Source: Mobula hypostoma (taxonomy: Eukaryota). From it: 64,000 nt of DNA. The stretch covers positions 8,184,001 to 8,248,000 of the forward strand of contig NC_086097.1 in NCBI RefSeq assembly GCF_963921235.1. Reading direction: 5' to 3'. Both the position numbers and the translations under genes were made by a program. Below are positions 1 through 13,323 of the stretch, in pieces (the first letter of the stretch is position 1; each line of letters starts with the position of its first letter). Below the pieces are notes generated by a model. It was not told where the DNA came from. It did no database searches and saw only the letters and a program-made list of their open reading frames with translations.

Positions 1-40
1 GAATGTCCTAATTCTGCTCCTATGCCTTATGATCTTACGA

Positions 41-1440
41 GTCCACTCCGCCATTTCATCATGGCAGATCCATTTTTCCTCTCTGCCCCAATCTCCTGCT
101 TTCTCCCCATATCCCTTCATGCCCTGACCAATCAAGGATTATTAACCTCTGCCGTTAATATACATACAGACTTGGCAGCAACCTCCACTGATTCTCCACT
201 CTCTGGCTAAAGAAATTCCTCCTCATTTCCACTCTATCAGGACACTCCCTCATTCTGAGGCTGTGTCCTCTGGTCTTAGACTTTCCCACTATAGAATACA
301 TCAACTCTAACAAGGGCTTTCAATGAGATTGCCCCACATTCTTCTGCATTCCAGTGAGTAGAGGCCTCGAGGCATCAAACGTTTTTCATATGATAAGCTT
401 TTCAAACCTGAGTTCTTTTTTGTGACATGACCATACACTTCTCAACACTGTATTGCATCTGCCACTTGTTTGTCCATTCTTCTAATCTGTCTAGGTCCTT
501 CTGTAGCCTCTTGACTTCCTCAAAGTTACCTGCCCCTTCATCCATCCTCATACCATCTGAAAATTTTGCAACAAAGCCATCAATTCCATTATCCAAATCA
601 TGAACATATAACATAAATAGAATCGTTTCCAACACAGACGTTTTATGGGACACCGCTAGTCACCGGCAGACAGTCAGAAAAAGGTCCCTTTATTCCCATT
701 CTTTGCCTCCTGTCAATCAGCTACTACTTTATCCATGCTAAAATTTTCCTTGTAATACCATCGACCCGCAGCTTGTTAAGTGGTCTCATGTGTGGCAACT
801 TGTCAAAGGCCTTCTGAAAATCCAAAGACACAACAGCAACCAATCCTCTTTTGTCTACCCTGCTTGTTATTTCTTCAAAGAGTTCCAACAGATTTGTTGG
901 GCAAGACTTTCCCTTGAGGAAACCACACTGACTATGGCCTATTTTAGCATTTTAGCATGTGCCTCCAAATACCTCGAAACCACATCCTTAACAAGTCAGC
1001 TGCAACATCTTCCTAATCTCTGAGGTCAGGCTATCTGACCTATAGTTTCCTTTTACTTGAAGAGTGGAGTGACGTTTGCAATTTTCCAATCTTCTGGAAC
1101 CTTTCCAGAATCCATTGATTCTTGAAAGATCATTACTAATGCCTCCACAATCTCTTCAGCCATCTCTTTCAGAAACCTTGAGTGTACACCATTGGGTCCA
1201 GGTGACTTATCTACCTTCAGTCCTTTCAGTTTTCCAAGAACCTTTTCACTAGTAATGGTAACTTCACACTCTTCATGACCCCTGATACCTGGAATTTTCA
1301 CCATACTGCTAGAGTCTTCCACAGTAAAGACTGATGCAAAATACTTGTTCAATTCATCCACTATTTCCTCCATTATGACCTCTCCAGCATTGATTTTCAG
1401 TGGTCCGATATCCAATCTCATCTCTCTTTTACACTTCATG
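41..1440 (-). mobile_element. CR1-clade LINE, 5'-truncated, decayed ORF2 (RT region) plus 3' UTR
   Basis: ORF 1053..1439 (LNKYFASVFT...KSPGPNG...PEDWKIANVTPLFK) and ORF 402..653 (KFSDG, LQKDLDRLEEW) are CR1 ORF2 motifs; the 3' UTR matches other copies in the window. Confidence 0.9.
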
Positions 1441-1477
1441 TGTCCTTCTTAATATTATTGGCTTGCTTACTTTCGTA

Positions 1478-1640
1478 TGGCAGCATCCATCATTAGGGAC
1501 CCTCAGCATCTAGATATGCCTGATCCTTACTAATATTTTGGGAGGAAGTACTGGAGCCTGAAGACCCACAGTTATTATTTTGGGAACAGTTTCTTCCCCT
1601 ACCCTATCAGATCGCTGAGTGGTCCATGAACACTGCCTCA
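1478..1640 (+). mobile_element. Rex1/Babar-type LINE 3' fragment
   Basis: Degenerate AASIIRDPQH...RSLKTH...NSFFP..IR, matching the ORF end seen in the other copies (13548..13778, 25130..25534, 61330..61554). Confidence 0.65.
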
Positions 1641-2345
1641 TAGAGTCATAGAAAAGCACAGCACAGGAACAGGTCCTTCAGCCCATCTAGTTCATGCTGA
1701 ACTATTTTAACTGCCTAGCCCATTAACCTGCCCTCCATACCTCTACCATCTCTGTACCTAGCCAAACTTCTCTTAAACTTTGAAATTGAGCTTGCATTCA
1801 CCACTTGCACTGGCAGTAAGCTCCACACTCTCACGACCCTCTGAATGAAGAAGTTTCCTCTCATGCTCCCTTTAAGCTTTTCACCTTTCACCCTTAACAC
1901 ATGACCTCTGGTTATAGTCCCACTCAACTTTGCTGGAAAAAGTCTGCTCGCATTTACCCTGTATTTACCCCTTATAATTTTGTATACCTCTGTAAAATCT
2001 TCTGTCAATCTTTTATGTTCCAAGAAATAAAGTCCTAATCTACTCAAACTTTTCTTATAACTCAGGTATTCCAGTCCCGGCAAGACACGTGTAATTTTTT
2101 TTGTACTCTTTCAACCTTACTTGCATCTTTCCTGTAGTAAAACTGCACATTATACTCTGAATTAGGCCTCACCAATGTCTCATACAACTTCAACGTAACA
2201 TCCCATCTCCTGTACTTAGCACTTCGATTCATGAAGGCCAATGTGCCAAAAGCTTTCTTTATGACCCTATCTACCTGTGCCACCACTTTCAATGAATTAT
2301 GGACCTGTATTCCCAGATCCTTTTGTTCTACCACACACTTCAGTA
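1640..2345 (-). mobile_element. CR1 LINE 3' fragment
   Basis: ORFs 2062..2373 (KDLGIQVHNSLKV...LYETLVRP) and 1715..2083 (TRGH...FFIQRVVRVW). Confidence 0.9.
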
Positions 2346-3334
2346 AAAGTAATTTTTGTTTAACGTCTTGCACTGTTCTGCTGCGGCAAACAACAAAAAA
2401 AAATCATGACATATGTCAGTGATAATAATTCTGATTCTCATTGTTCAAAACTCTAGAGAAATAGCCTGCTTGACCTCTTCACATATGGAAAATCTGCTCC
2501 TGCTGAAAGTAATCGATTTAATCTTTGTTCAGTTCCCTTTTTAGCAAGCCGATTTGTTTTGTTTTTAGGTAAGGGAGCAAAACAATGTACAATACTTCAA
2601 ATGTGGTTTTGTGCTGCATGCTGACTTTCAGACACTTACGTACAAGAACCCTATGTCTCTGAAAATTATGTAATCAATATTATGTAATTTCTCATCTTTA
2701 AAAAAATAATCTGTTTCTCTGTTGTGTGCACCAAAGAAAATAATGTCACAATTTCCACTGTCAGGTTCTTGCCCACTCAGATTGTCCACATGTGATTGAA
2801 CGCAATTTGTTCTGCTTACTCTTCAGAATTCTACCTAATTTAGAATCATCAGCAAATCTTGAAATATGACATTGTGATATATGATTGGCCAGGGCATAAG
2901 GGATACGGGGAGAAGGCAGGAGATTGGGGCTGAGAAGGAAAATGGATCAGCCATGATGAAATGATGGAGCTGACTCAATGGGCCAAATGGCCTAATTCTG
3001 CTTCTATTTCCTATAAACTTATTGTTTCTTCAACAAGTACCCCAATTGTCACAGACTACCAACCTGAGAAACATATCCAATTAATCCCACTCTTTGTTAC
3101 TTTCTGTATGATGACCAATTCCCAACCCATCCGCAATTCTGTGTGCTGTAAACTTGTTGACCAACATCTTATATGGGATCTTATCAAAAGCCTTCTAAAA
3201 ATCTAAAAGCACCACACCCTTAAGTTTTTCTCCTGTTCTATTCTCTTACCAAATCAAAAAAATCTTTCAGCAGATCTATCAAGCATGTTTAATGAGTCTC
3301 CCATTAACTTGAGAAATCTTATCTGACCTGCAGA

Positions 3335-5985
3335 GGAATTTGCAGTGGGAGGAAAAGATCCAGTTGTCATAGTGCATGTGGGTATCAACAACACAGGTAG
3401 AACAAGGAAAGAGGTTCTGCTGAGGGAATTTGAGCAGCTAGGGACTAAACTAAAAAGCAGAACCAAAAAGATGGTAATCTCTGTATTACTACCTGAAATA
3501 GAGAGTTAAATGCGTGGCTCAAGGATTGGTGTAGGAGAAGTGGGTTTGAATTCATGGGAAACTGGCACCAGTGTTGGGGAAGGAGGGAGCTGTTCCACTG
3601 GGACAGGCTCCACCTGGACTGTGATGATACCTGGTTCCTGGCGAATCGCATAACTAGGGTTGTGGTTAGGGCTTTAAACTAAATAACAGAGGGGTAGGTT
3701 CAACAGATTGGAGAAGTATGGATAAAGTAAAAGAGGAAAGTGTGGATAAAGAAAAAGTAAAGGCAAAAGTTAAAAAAAGAGTAAAGAAAGGTTGGAGTAC
3801 AGAAAATTCAAGTGCATAAGAAACAATGATTACTAGATTTTAAAGGCACAATGAGTTTAAGGGCACTTTATCTGAATGCTGGTAGTATTCAAAACAAGGT
3901 CAGTACAAGGGGTCTGATTTAGTGGCCATTACAGAAATGTGGTTGCAGGGTGGAGAGGATTGGGTATTAAATATTCAATAATATCATGTAATAGAGAAAG
4001 ATAGGCAGGAAGGTAAGGGAGGTGAGGTAGAGCTCTTAGTTAAGGATAAAGACCAAGGTGACAGTGAGAGACAATATTAGATCTAAGGAGCAGAATGTTG
4101 AATCCATCTGGGTAAAGATTAGGAATAGTAAAGGAAAAAAATCACCAGTGGGAGTTGTCTATAGGCTACCGAATAATAACATTACAGTGGCACAGGCAAT
4201 AAACAGAGAAATATGTGAGGCATGTAAGAATGGAACAGCAGTTATCATGGGGACTTTAACTTGCACATAGATTGGGTGAATGAAGTTGGTCAAGGCAGTC
4301 TTGAGGAGGACTTCAAAGAATGCATATGTGATAGCTTTCCTGAACACCATGTTACTGAACCTGCAAGGGAACATGCTGTGTGGAATATGGTCCTGTTCAA
4401 TAAAATTAGTGATCTTGTAGTTAGAGATCCTCTTGGAAGGAGTGATCACAGTATGACTGAGTTTCTCATACATGGAGGGTGCAATAGTTCAATCTAAAAC
4501 CAGTATATTATGCCTAAACAAGGAAGACTACAACGGGATGAGGGAGGAGTTGGATAGGGTAGACTGGGAGCACATGCTGTGTGGTGGGATGGTTGAGGAA
4601 CAATAGAAGACTTTCAAAGAGATTTTTCACGGTATCAACAAAAGTGTATTCCAGTTAAAAGCCAGGACAATAATGGTGGGGAGAGCCAGACATGGATAAC
4701 TAAGGAAATATAGGGAAGGCATCAAATTAAAAGCTCATGTGTACAAAGTCACTAACAGTAGTGGGAAACTGGAAGATTGGGAAAACATTAAAAAGCAACA
4801 AAGAACCACTAAGCGAGCAATAAAAAAAAGGGAAGATAGATTATGAAAATAAACTAGCATAAAATATAAAAACAGATAGTGGAAGTATTTATAATTATGT
4901 AAAGCGGAAAAGGGTGGCTCAAGTGAACACAGGTCCCTTGGAGGATGAGACAGGGGTATTGATATTGGTTAATGAGGAAAAGGCTGAGGCTTTGAATGAT
5001 TATATTGTGTCGGTTTTTATGGTGGAGGATACGTTTAACATGCTGAAGAGAGATGATACTAGAGCGAAAAAGCAAATTGTGCAGAGGATACGGAGAGTCT
5101 GCAGAGAGATATCTATAGATTAAGTGAGTGAGCAATGGTCTGGCAGATGGAGTGCAATGTTGGTAAATGCAAGATCATCCAGTTTGGAAAGAAAAATGAA
5201 AGGTCAGATTATTATTTAAATACTAAAGGATTGCAGCATGATGCTGTGCAGAGGGACTTGGGAGTGTTTGTGCATGAATCATAAAAGGTTGGTTTGCAGG
5301 TGTAGCAACCTATCAAGAAGGCAAATGGAATATTGGCCTTCATTGCTAGAGGGATTGAATTTAAGAGCAGGGAGGTTATGCTACAACCGTACAGGGCACT
5401 GGTGAGTCCACACTTGGAGTACTGTGTGCAGTTCTGGTCTCCTTACTTGAGGAAGGATATACTGGCTTTGGATGTAGTGCAGAGGAGGTTCACAAGGTTG
5501 ATTCCAGAGATGAGGGGGATAGAATATGAGGAGAGATTGAGTCGTCTCGGACTGTACTCGCTGGAATTCAGAAAGATGAGAGGAGATCTTATAGAAATGT
5601 GTAAAATTATGAAAGGGATAGATAAGATAGAGGCAGGAAAGTTGTTTCCACTGGTAGGCAAGTCTAGAACTGGGGGACATAGCCTCAAGATTTGGGGGGA
5701 ATAGATTTAGGATGAAGATTTTGGAGGAGGAACTGCCTTTCCCAAAGAATGGTGAATCTGTGGAATTCTCTGCCCAATGAAGGCAGTGGAGGCTACCTCA
5801 GTAAATATATTTAAGACAAAGTTGGATAGGTTTTTACATAGTAGGGGAACTAAGGGTAATGGAGGAAAGGCAGATAAGCGGAGATGAGTCCATGGGCAAA
5901 TCAGCCATGATCTTATTGAATGGCAGAGCAGGCTTGATGGCCAACTCCTGCTGCTATTTTTGTTTGTTTTTATGTTCTTATGAGA
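3335..5985 (+). mobile_element. CR1 LINE retaining ORF1 C-terminus (SGNH-esterase-like), APE endonuclease and ORF2 C-terminus; RT core deleted
   Basis: VVIVHVGINNTGR...LKSRTKKMVIS (~3362-3480); LYLNA, VAITEMWL, GVVYR and GRSDH endonuclease motifs; jump near 5060 to AEDTESLQRD; ORF 5333..5704 (PHLEYCVQFWSP); CR1 3' UTR. Confidence 0.88.
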
Positions 5986-6343
5986 CAGAGAGGGAGAATT
6001 CATCTACCTGACGTCAATGTAATGGGCTCAATAAAAGAAATGCAGAGATATCTTGAATTGCAAGTCCAAGCTTTCTGAAAATGGCAACAATAATTGACAG
6101 GGTGGTAGGGAAGGTGTAGATTCTACACTGTGGAGCATATTTGTCTTCTTTGGTCTGTGAATTGATTATCAGCATGTTGCAGAAGAGGATGTTGCCTAGA
6201 TTAAAGATAGGAAATGTATTGTCTACTTTTATCAATGCCTCTGTCCAGATTCTGGATTATTTTACCAAATGGATCCATGGATACTTTGCTTCTGAAGAAC
6301 TACGATGCTCACGACTAACTCATCAAGCACTTCAACACACACC

Positions 6344-8100
6344 CAGTGGCCACTTTATTAGTTACCTCCTGTACTTAATAATAAGGTCACTAAGCACATG
6401 CTTGATGTTTTCTGCTGCCTTAGCTCATCCACTTCAAGGTTTGATGTGTTCAGAGATGCTCTTCTGCACATCACTGTTGTCTTTCAGTAAAGATTATGGT
6501 GCATAGATACATAGCAGTCTCTTGGGGGTCAACCAAAGGTGTTTTTTCCCTTGCTAAATTTGTTTTTCTACACAGTAAGACTATTCTTGACTCCAATAAC
6601 TACCTGCACAGCAGGTCTACTGCATCAGTGAGCTGCTGTTTGTTCAGAGTAACCGGTCAGAGAGTTGTAAGAGCCAGACGGCAGTTCAGAGAGGCAGAAT
6701 CGGCCTATTGGGCCAGGGAGGTTGAACTGGCCCATCAGGTCATCCAGTCGAGATGGGCTGTTGGCCCGTTGTTCCTGGGGATTTGGATTGGACTGTTGGG
6801 CCTGTGGATTCAAGTTGAGCCATTGGGCTGGGGGATTCAAGCTGGGTCACTGGGCCTGAGGATGCGAACCAGACTGTCAGACTAGGGGATTCGGGCCTGG
6901 GGATTTGAGCCAGGCCATTCTAGGGGATTCAGGTCTGGGGATTCGGGCTTGGGGATTCAAGCCAGGCCTTTGTACCTGGAGGTTCGAGCCAGGCTGTCAT
7001 GCTTGGGGATACAAGCAGGGCCGTCGGCCTGGAGATTTGAGCTGGGGAGTTGGGCCATATTAGAAGCTGGATTGGGTTCAGAAGAGTTGACCTGAGTGCA
7101 GATTAAGCTGCTGCGTGCTTCTCAGAGTTGATGTCTTTAAGTTGGTGTCAAAGGCGGCTTGCAGAGAAACAATGAGTGACTGTCGTGGATGGTTCTTTTG
7201 CAATTGCAAGACCCTGTTGGGCACTGATAGCTGCAGGCCTGCTTCCCTTTTTTGGTGATGGGCCAGGCAACAAGGCAGCAGTGTGCCTCAGTTGTAGCTA
7301 GGACTGGGCCTCAGTCCTCGGACTTGCGTTGCAGCATAGTGTCTGGGTTTGGTTGGCGTGTCCCCTCCTGTGGTGCTGCCCTCTATTGGTGGATCAGTTG
7401 AATTACAAGCTGGACTGCTGTGAACGATCAATTTGCAGGACTTGTCGCTCAGGGACATGGACTTAAAGTTTATTTTTACATGGCTATGTTCTTTTTTTTC
7501 TTTATTGTTATTTTGGATGCGCGTGTAAGTTTTGCATCTTCGTCCTAGAGGAACACTATCTCATTCAGCTGTATCCATGTATGGTTTGAATAGCAATTAA
7601 ACTTGATTTTATTTCATTTGATTTTGAGTTACTGTCCCTTTTCTGACAGCTTGAACCAGTCCGATCATTTTTCTCTGACACCTTGCATTAATAAGTCATT
7701 TTTACCCACAGAACTGCCGCTCACTGGATGCTTTTTCGGTTGTCATACCATTCTCTGTAAACTCTGAAGACTGTTGTGCATGAAAATTCCAGCAGATCAG
7801 CAGCTTCTGAGATACTCAAACCACCCCATCTGGCACCAGGAATCATTCCACAGTCAAAGTTACTTAGATTACATTTCTTCCCTATTTTGATGTTTAATCT
7901 GAGTAACAACGAAGTATACAAATTGAAGAATTTCAGACTTGTATACGTTGATAATAAATGAGCCTTTGAACCTTGCACAACTGCACCTCCTGACTATGTC
8001 TGCATGCTGTTATGCATTGAGTTTCTCCCACATGATTGGCTGATCAGATATTTACAAAGTACATTAAATGTGTACAGGTGAACATACTGAATGTGAGACC
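6344..8100 (-). mobile_element. Tc1-like DNA transposon relic (internally deleted), split by an insertion at ~6481-7625
   Basis: ORF 7721..7978 (GKKCNLSNFDCGMIPGARWGGLSISEAADLLEFSCTTVFRVYREW) is a Tc1 transposase HTH. It continues as SERQFCG...VRKGTVTQ (~7625-7720) and then SDVQKSISEH (~6440-6480). Terminal CAGTGGCCACTTTATTAG near 6344, with a degenerate inverted counterpart near 8070-8100. Confidence 0.8.
6481..7625 (+). mobile_element. Non-coding, probably non-autonomous retroelement with an internal GC-rich degenerate minisatellite
   Basis: Interrupts the Tc1 reading frame; repeated GGGCCTGGGGATTCGAGCCAGGC-like units at ~6690-7080; ends in AATTAAACTTGA(TTTGA-like) tail similar to those at ~37470 and ~62430. 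Confidence 0.55.
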
Positions 8101-8179
8101 TTTGACTGACACGTCAGAACAGGAATGGAAATAAAAGGGTTGTTTTCTCCTTCTGGTAACCCACCCCCCAACCCACTAC

Positions 8180-8420
8180 CCCTCTATTCTTCTTTAGCCA
8201 GAGAGTGGTGAATCTGCAGTATTGGTTGCCACAGGTGGCTGTGGAGGCCAAGTCTTTACGTATATTTAAGGCAAAGGTTGATAGATTCCTGGGCATGAAG
8301 GGATACAAGGAGAAGGCAGGAGATTGTTTTTGAGGGGGAAAATGGATCAGCCATGATGAAATGGTGGAGCAGACTCGATGGACCAAAAGGCCTAATTCTG
8401 CTCCTGTATCTTACGGTCTC
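8180..8420 (+). mobile_element. CR1 3' end fragment
   Basis: FSQRVVNL...FKAKVDRFL followed by the CR1 3' UTR (GGCCTAATTCTGCTCC). Confidence 0.8.
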
Positions 8421-11077
8421 ACCTCTTCTCACCAGCCCCTTTATCTTCCCAACCTGGCTTCAACTATCACCTTCTAGTTATCCTCCTACCCCTCCCCACA
8501 TCTTCCCACTTCTTCCCAGCTGTGAGGAAGCCTCTCAGCCCAAAATGTCAGAAGTCCATTTATTTCCATGGATGCTGCCTGACCTGTTGAATTCCTCCAG
8601 CATTTTGTATGAGTTACAGTATTGACTTGTTCATAATTATGCAACCTCAGAATAAAAACTAAACAACTGAAGTAAAAAAGTTAATATTTTATCTTTCCTT
8701 AATTATAAAATGGATTATTTTAAAAAGAGCATTGTTTGGTTCCTGACTGTTTAGAAACTGTCTAGACAGAACATCTGTATTTTAGTTAGAGTGCAACCAA
8801 GTTCTCAACCACTCAGCTGTCATGGTTTCTGGAAAAAAAATCCCAGGTTGTAAAATAACAGCTGCAGCCATTTGTCAACTAAAGTAACTCCTGTTACAGC
8901 TTACAGTTCATGAAAGGAATGCTTGCCAACTGTCAGTTCCATCAAGTCTCTTGATGGCTGGCAGCAACATTTTCCGGTAATTAGTTTTTAATTAAAAAAA
9001 AGCCCAGATGTATAAAGCAGATATTTTATTTGACAATTTAGGCTTCCCTCAAACACAATTTATAGGTGATGAATCTCACAATTTCCTGAATTACGTTCAG
9101 CAAGTCAGTGTGTTATCTGCTCAGAGGTTGGATGGGCCGCGGTGTGACTTGCCCTCTGACTCTGAAATATCTTTCCATCGTTTTCACCCACAAATCATAG
9201 ACGGAATACTCTTAACTAACCTGCATGAGTGCAGATCGAACAGATAACGTGATTATAATCTCAGAGATTCTGCAATTGCGAAACATTTGAGTCAACGCAC
9301 ACAAAATACTGGAGAAATTCACTGGGTCAGGAAGCATAGAACCATAGAACACTTCAACACAGAAAACAGGCCATTCGGCCCTTCTAGTCTGTGCCGAAAC
9401 ATTATTCCACTAGTCCTGTTGACCTGCATCCAGTCCATAACCCTCCAGACCTCTCCTATCCATGTACTTATCTAATTTATTTTTAAAACTTAAGAGTGAG
9501 CCCGCATTCACCATGTCAGATGGCAGCTCGTTCCACACTGCCATCACTCTCTGAGTGAAGAAGTTCCCCCTAATGTTCCCTCTAAACCTCTCCTCTTTCA
9601 CCCTAAAGCCATGTCCTCTCGTATTTATCTCTCCTATCTAAGTGGAAAGAGCCCATTCACATTTACTCTGTCTATACCCCTCATAATTTTGTAAACCTCT
9701 TATCAAATCTCCCCTCATTCTTCTACGCTCCAAGGAATAAAGTTCTAACCTGTTCAATCTTTCCCTGTAACTTAACTCCTAGTAAATCTCTGCACTCTTT
9801 CAATCTTACTGATATCCTTCCTATAGTTAGGTGACCAGAACTGTACACAATACTCCAAATTTGGCCTCACCAATGTCATATACAACCTCCCCATAACATC
9901 CCAACTCCTATACTCAATACTTTGATTTATGAATGCCAGGATGCCAAAAGCCTTCTTTACAACCCTGTCTACCTGTGACGCCACTTTCAGGGAATTATGT
10001 ATCTGAACTGCCAGATCTATTTGCTCCTCTGCACTCCTCACTGCCCTACCATTTACTGTGTATGTCCTACCTTGATTTGTCCTTCCAAAATGCAGCACCT
10101 CACACTTGTCTGTAAAAAATTCCATCTGCCATTTTCTGGCCCATTTTTCCAGTTGGTCCAGATCCCTTGCAAGCTTTGAAAGCCTTCCTTGCTGTCCACA
10201 ACGCCTCTAATCTTAGTGTCATCAGCAAACTTGCTGATACAATTTACCACATTATTATATAGATCATTGATATAGCCAACAAACAACGGGCCCAGCACAG
10301 ATCCTTGAGGCACACCATTAGTGACAGGCCTCCGGTCTGAGAAGCAATTATCCACTACCACTCTCTGTCTTCTCCCACACAGCCAATTTCAAATCCAGTT
10401 TACAATCTCTCCATGGATACCTAGTGTCTGAACCTTCTGAACTAACCTTCCATGTGGTACCTTGACAAAGGACTTACTAAAGTCCATGTAGAGAACATCC
10501 ACAGCCTTTCCTATAGCTACTTTCTTGGTAACCTCCTCGAAAAACTCTACAAGATTCGTTAAGCATGATCTATCACACACAAAGCCATGCTGACTATCCT
10601 TAATCACCCCTTGGCTGTCCAAGTACTTGTATACCCGACCTCTCAGAACACCTTCCAATAATTTACCTACTACTGATGTCAGGCTTACTGGCCTGTAATT
10701 ACCTGGTTTACTTTTGGAGCCTTTTTTAAACAACGGAACAGCATGAGGTACCCTCCAATCCTTTGGCACCATACCCGTGGCCAAGGACATTTTAAATATT
10801 TCTGTCAGGGCCCCTGCAATTTCTACACTAGTCTCTCTCAAGGTCCGAGGAAATATCATGTCAGGCCCAGGGAATTTATCCACCTTTATTCGCTGTAAGA
10901 CAGCAAGCACCTCCTCCTCTTTAATCTCTATATGTTCCATGACACTACTGCTTGTTTCTCTTCCTTCCATATACGCTATGCCAGTTTCCTGAGTAAATGC
11001 TGATGCAAAAAAATTGTTTAAGATCTCCCACATCTCGTGAGGCTCCACACATAGATGACCACTTTGATCTTCTAGGG

Positions 11078-11334
11078 CAGTGGTCCCCAACCACCGGGCC
11101 GCGGATCGGTACCGGGACACAAAGCATGTGCTACCGGGCCGCGAGGAAACAATATGATTTGGTCATATGAAACGATATGAGTCAGCTGCACCTTTCCTCA
11201 TTCCCTGGCATGCACTGTTGAACTTAAACACCACTACCCCCACCCCGCACCACCCCCCCCCCCAATCAGCTGGTCCGCAAGGATATTGTCAATATTAAAC
11301 CTGTCTGCGGTGCAAAAAAGGTTGGAGACCCTTG
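11078..11334. mobile_element. hAT (Charlie-like) MITE
   Basis: TIRs CAGTGGTCCCCAACC / GGTTGGAGACCCTTG; exact 8-bp TSD TTCTAGGG at 11070-11077 and 11335-11342. Confidence 0.9.
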
Positions 11335-11733
11335 TTCTAGGGGACCAATTTTGTCCCTTACTATCCTTTTACTCTTAATATACTTGTAGAAACCCTTCGG
11401 GTTTACCTTCACATTATCTGCCAAAGTAACCTCATGTCTTCATTTTGCCTTCCTGATTTCTTTCTTCAGTATTTTCTTACATTTTCTATACTCTTCCAGT
11501 ACCTCATTTGTTCCTTGTTGCCTATACCTGCTATACACCTCTCTCTTTTTCTTAACCGGATCACCAATATCCCTTGAAAACCAAGGTTCCCTATGCCTGT
11601 TAACTTTGCCTTTAATCCTGGCTGGAACATACAAACTCTGCACTCTCAAAATTTCGCCTTTGAATGCCTTCCACATACTTAACACATCCTTGCCAGAAAA
11701 CAACTTATCCCAATCCACTCTTCTCAGATCCTT

Positions 11734-11939
11734 CACAAGCATGAGGAAATCTGCAGATGCTGGAATTTCAAGCAACACACATAAAAGTTGCTGGTGAATG
11801 CAGCAGGCCAGGCAGCATCTTTAGGAAGAGGTACAGTTGACGCTTCACGAAGGGTCTCGGCCTGAAACGTCGACTGTACCTCTTCCTAGAGATGCTGCCT
11901 GGCCTGCTGCATTCACCAGCAACTTCTTTGTGTGTTGCT
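11734..11939. mobile_element. Penelope-like element terminal fragment inserted as an inverted repeat
   Basis: Arms ~11769-11847 and ~11863-11940 are reverse complements of the PLE pLTR end; flanked by TTCTCAGATCCTT / TTCTTAGATCCTT (13-bp TSD, 1 mismatch) inside the CR1. Confidence 0.85.
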
Positions 11940-12109
11940 TCTTAGATCCTTTCTCACTTCCTCAAAATGAGCCCTTCTCCAATTTAGAACCTTAACTCGA
12001 GGACCAGATCTATCCTTATCCACAATTAACTTGAAACTAATGACATTATGGTCACTGAACCCAAAATGTTCGCCTATACATACTTCTGTCACCTATGGCA
12101 GAAGTGATC

Positions 12110-12560
12110 TGCATCTATAGCAGGGAATAAACTGAGGATGTTTCGGGCGAAGACCCTCCATCAGGATCAAAAAGGAGGGGGGCAGAAGGCAAGGGCAGTA
12201 CCCTCTCACCCTTTTGCTTTTCACCTCACCATCATCTACCCCTTCTTTTTCCCTTTCTTCCATGGTTCACTGTCCTCACCTGTTAGGTTCCTTCTTCTTC
12301 AGCCTTTTATTTCTTCTACCAACCACCTCCCAGCTTCTTCCTTCAAGCCCACCTCCCCCATCCACCCACCTTCCCCTACACCTGGTCTCACCTATCAGCT
12401 GCCAGCTTGTACTCCTTCCCCTCCAACCACCTTCATAATCTGCCTTCTACACCACCACCACCCCCACTTCCTTTCCAGTCTTAAGCCGAAACATTTATTG
12501 TTTACTCCCTTCCATATTGCTGAGTTGCTGAGTTCCTCCACCATTTTGTGTGTGTTGCAG
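12110..12560. mobile_element. Old PLE pLTR fragments in opposite orientations
   Basis: Minus-strand degenerate CTGATGGAGGGTCTTCGCCCGAAACATC at ~12137-12166, then a plus-strand pyrimidine-rich pLTR ending GCTGAGTTCCTCCACCATTTTGTGTG. Confidence 0.65.
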
Positions 12561-12914
12561 TTGTGATTGGTACCTAATCCTCCTTTGCAAAGATTTACTC
12601 CTTCCACCATGGGGGTGCTCTAGCCATACCGCAGTTTGCTCGTAGAATTCACTGCATCAAGCTTGCAAAGGCTTCCTCGTCTGAACTATGCAAACCCGAA
12701 GACAAGATGAACAAGGGTGCTTGTAAGCACAATGCAAACTCTACACCATCCTGACATGGAAGTATGTCACCATCTAAATATCGTAGTTTCTCACCAAACG
12801 ATATTCAAGAGAGCCATTATCTTTCTCAGGCAATACTCATTGTCCATGCAGTGATAGTTACCTCACTAGAATGTATTTTTAATTTTAAAAAAGCTCATCT
12901 TGATAACCTTGTTC

Positions 12915-13310
12915 CCTAGAGCATAAGAGATTGAGAGGAGGTTTGATAGAGGCATAGAAAATTAAGAGCGGGAGAGACAGGGTAAGTATAAGCAGTCTTT
13001 TTCCACTGAGGTTAGGTGGGACTACAACTAAAGGTCATGGGATAAGGGTGAAAGGCGAAATGTCTGAAGGGAATATGAGGGATAAATTCTTCACTCAGAG
13101 GGTGGTGAGAGTGTGGAACGAGCTGCCAGCAGAAGTGGTGAATGCGGGTTTGATTTCAACAATTGAGGAATTTAGAAATGTACGTGGATGGGATGGGTAT
13201 GGAGGGCTATGGAGCGAATGCAAGTCAATGGGGCTAAGCAGATTAATAGTTCAGCATGGACTAGATCGGCTGAAGGGCCTATTTCTGTGCTGTAGTGCTC
13301 TATGACTATA
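12915..13310 (+). mobile_element. CR1 3' fragment
   Basis: ORF 13048..13305 (FFTQRVVRVWNELPAEVV). Confidence 0.85.
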
Positions 13311-13323
13311 AGTACAAATGGTC

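Larger units (their letters stand above)
9335..12095 (-). mobile_element. CR1 LINE ORF2 (endonuclease end to 3' UTR) with a nested hAT MITE and a PLE fragment
   Basis: ORFs 10389..11120 (NYRPVSLTS, QHGF, YMDFSKSF), 10053..10361 (GVPQGSVLGP, KFADDTK), 9772..10125 and 9410..9601. Confidence 0.93.

Noticed and set aside
9008..9247. 79-aa ORF in unique sequence
   Set aside because: No similarity to any protein I recognise; unsupported.
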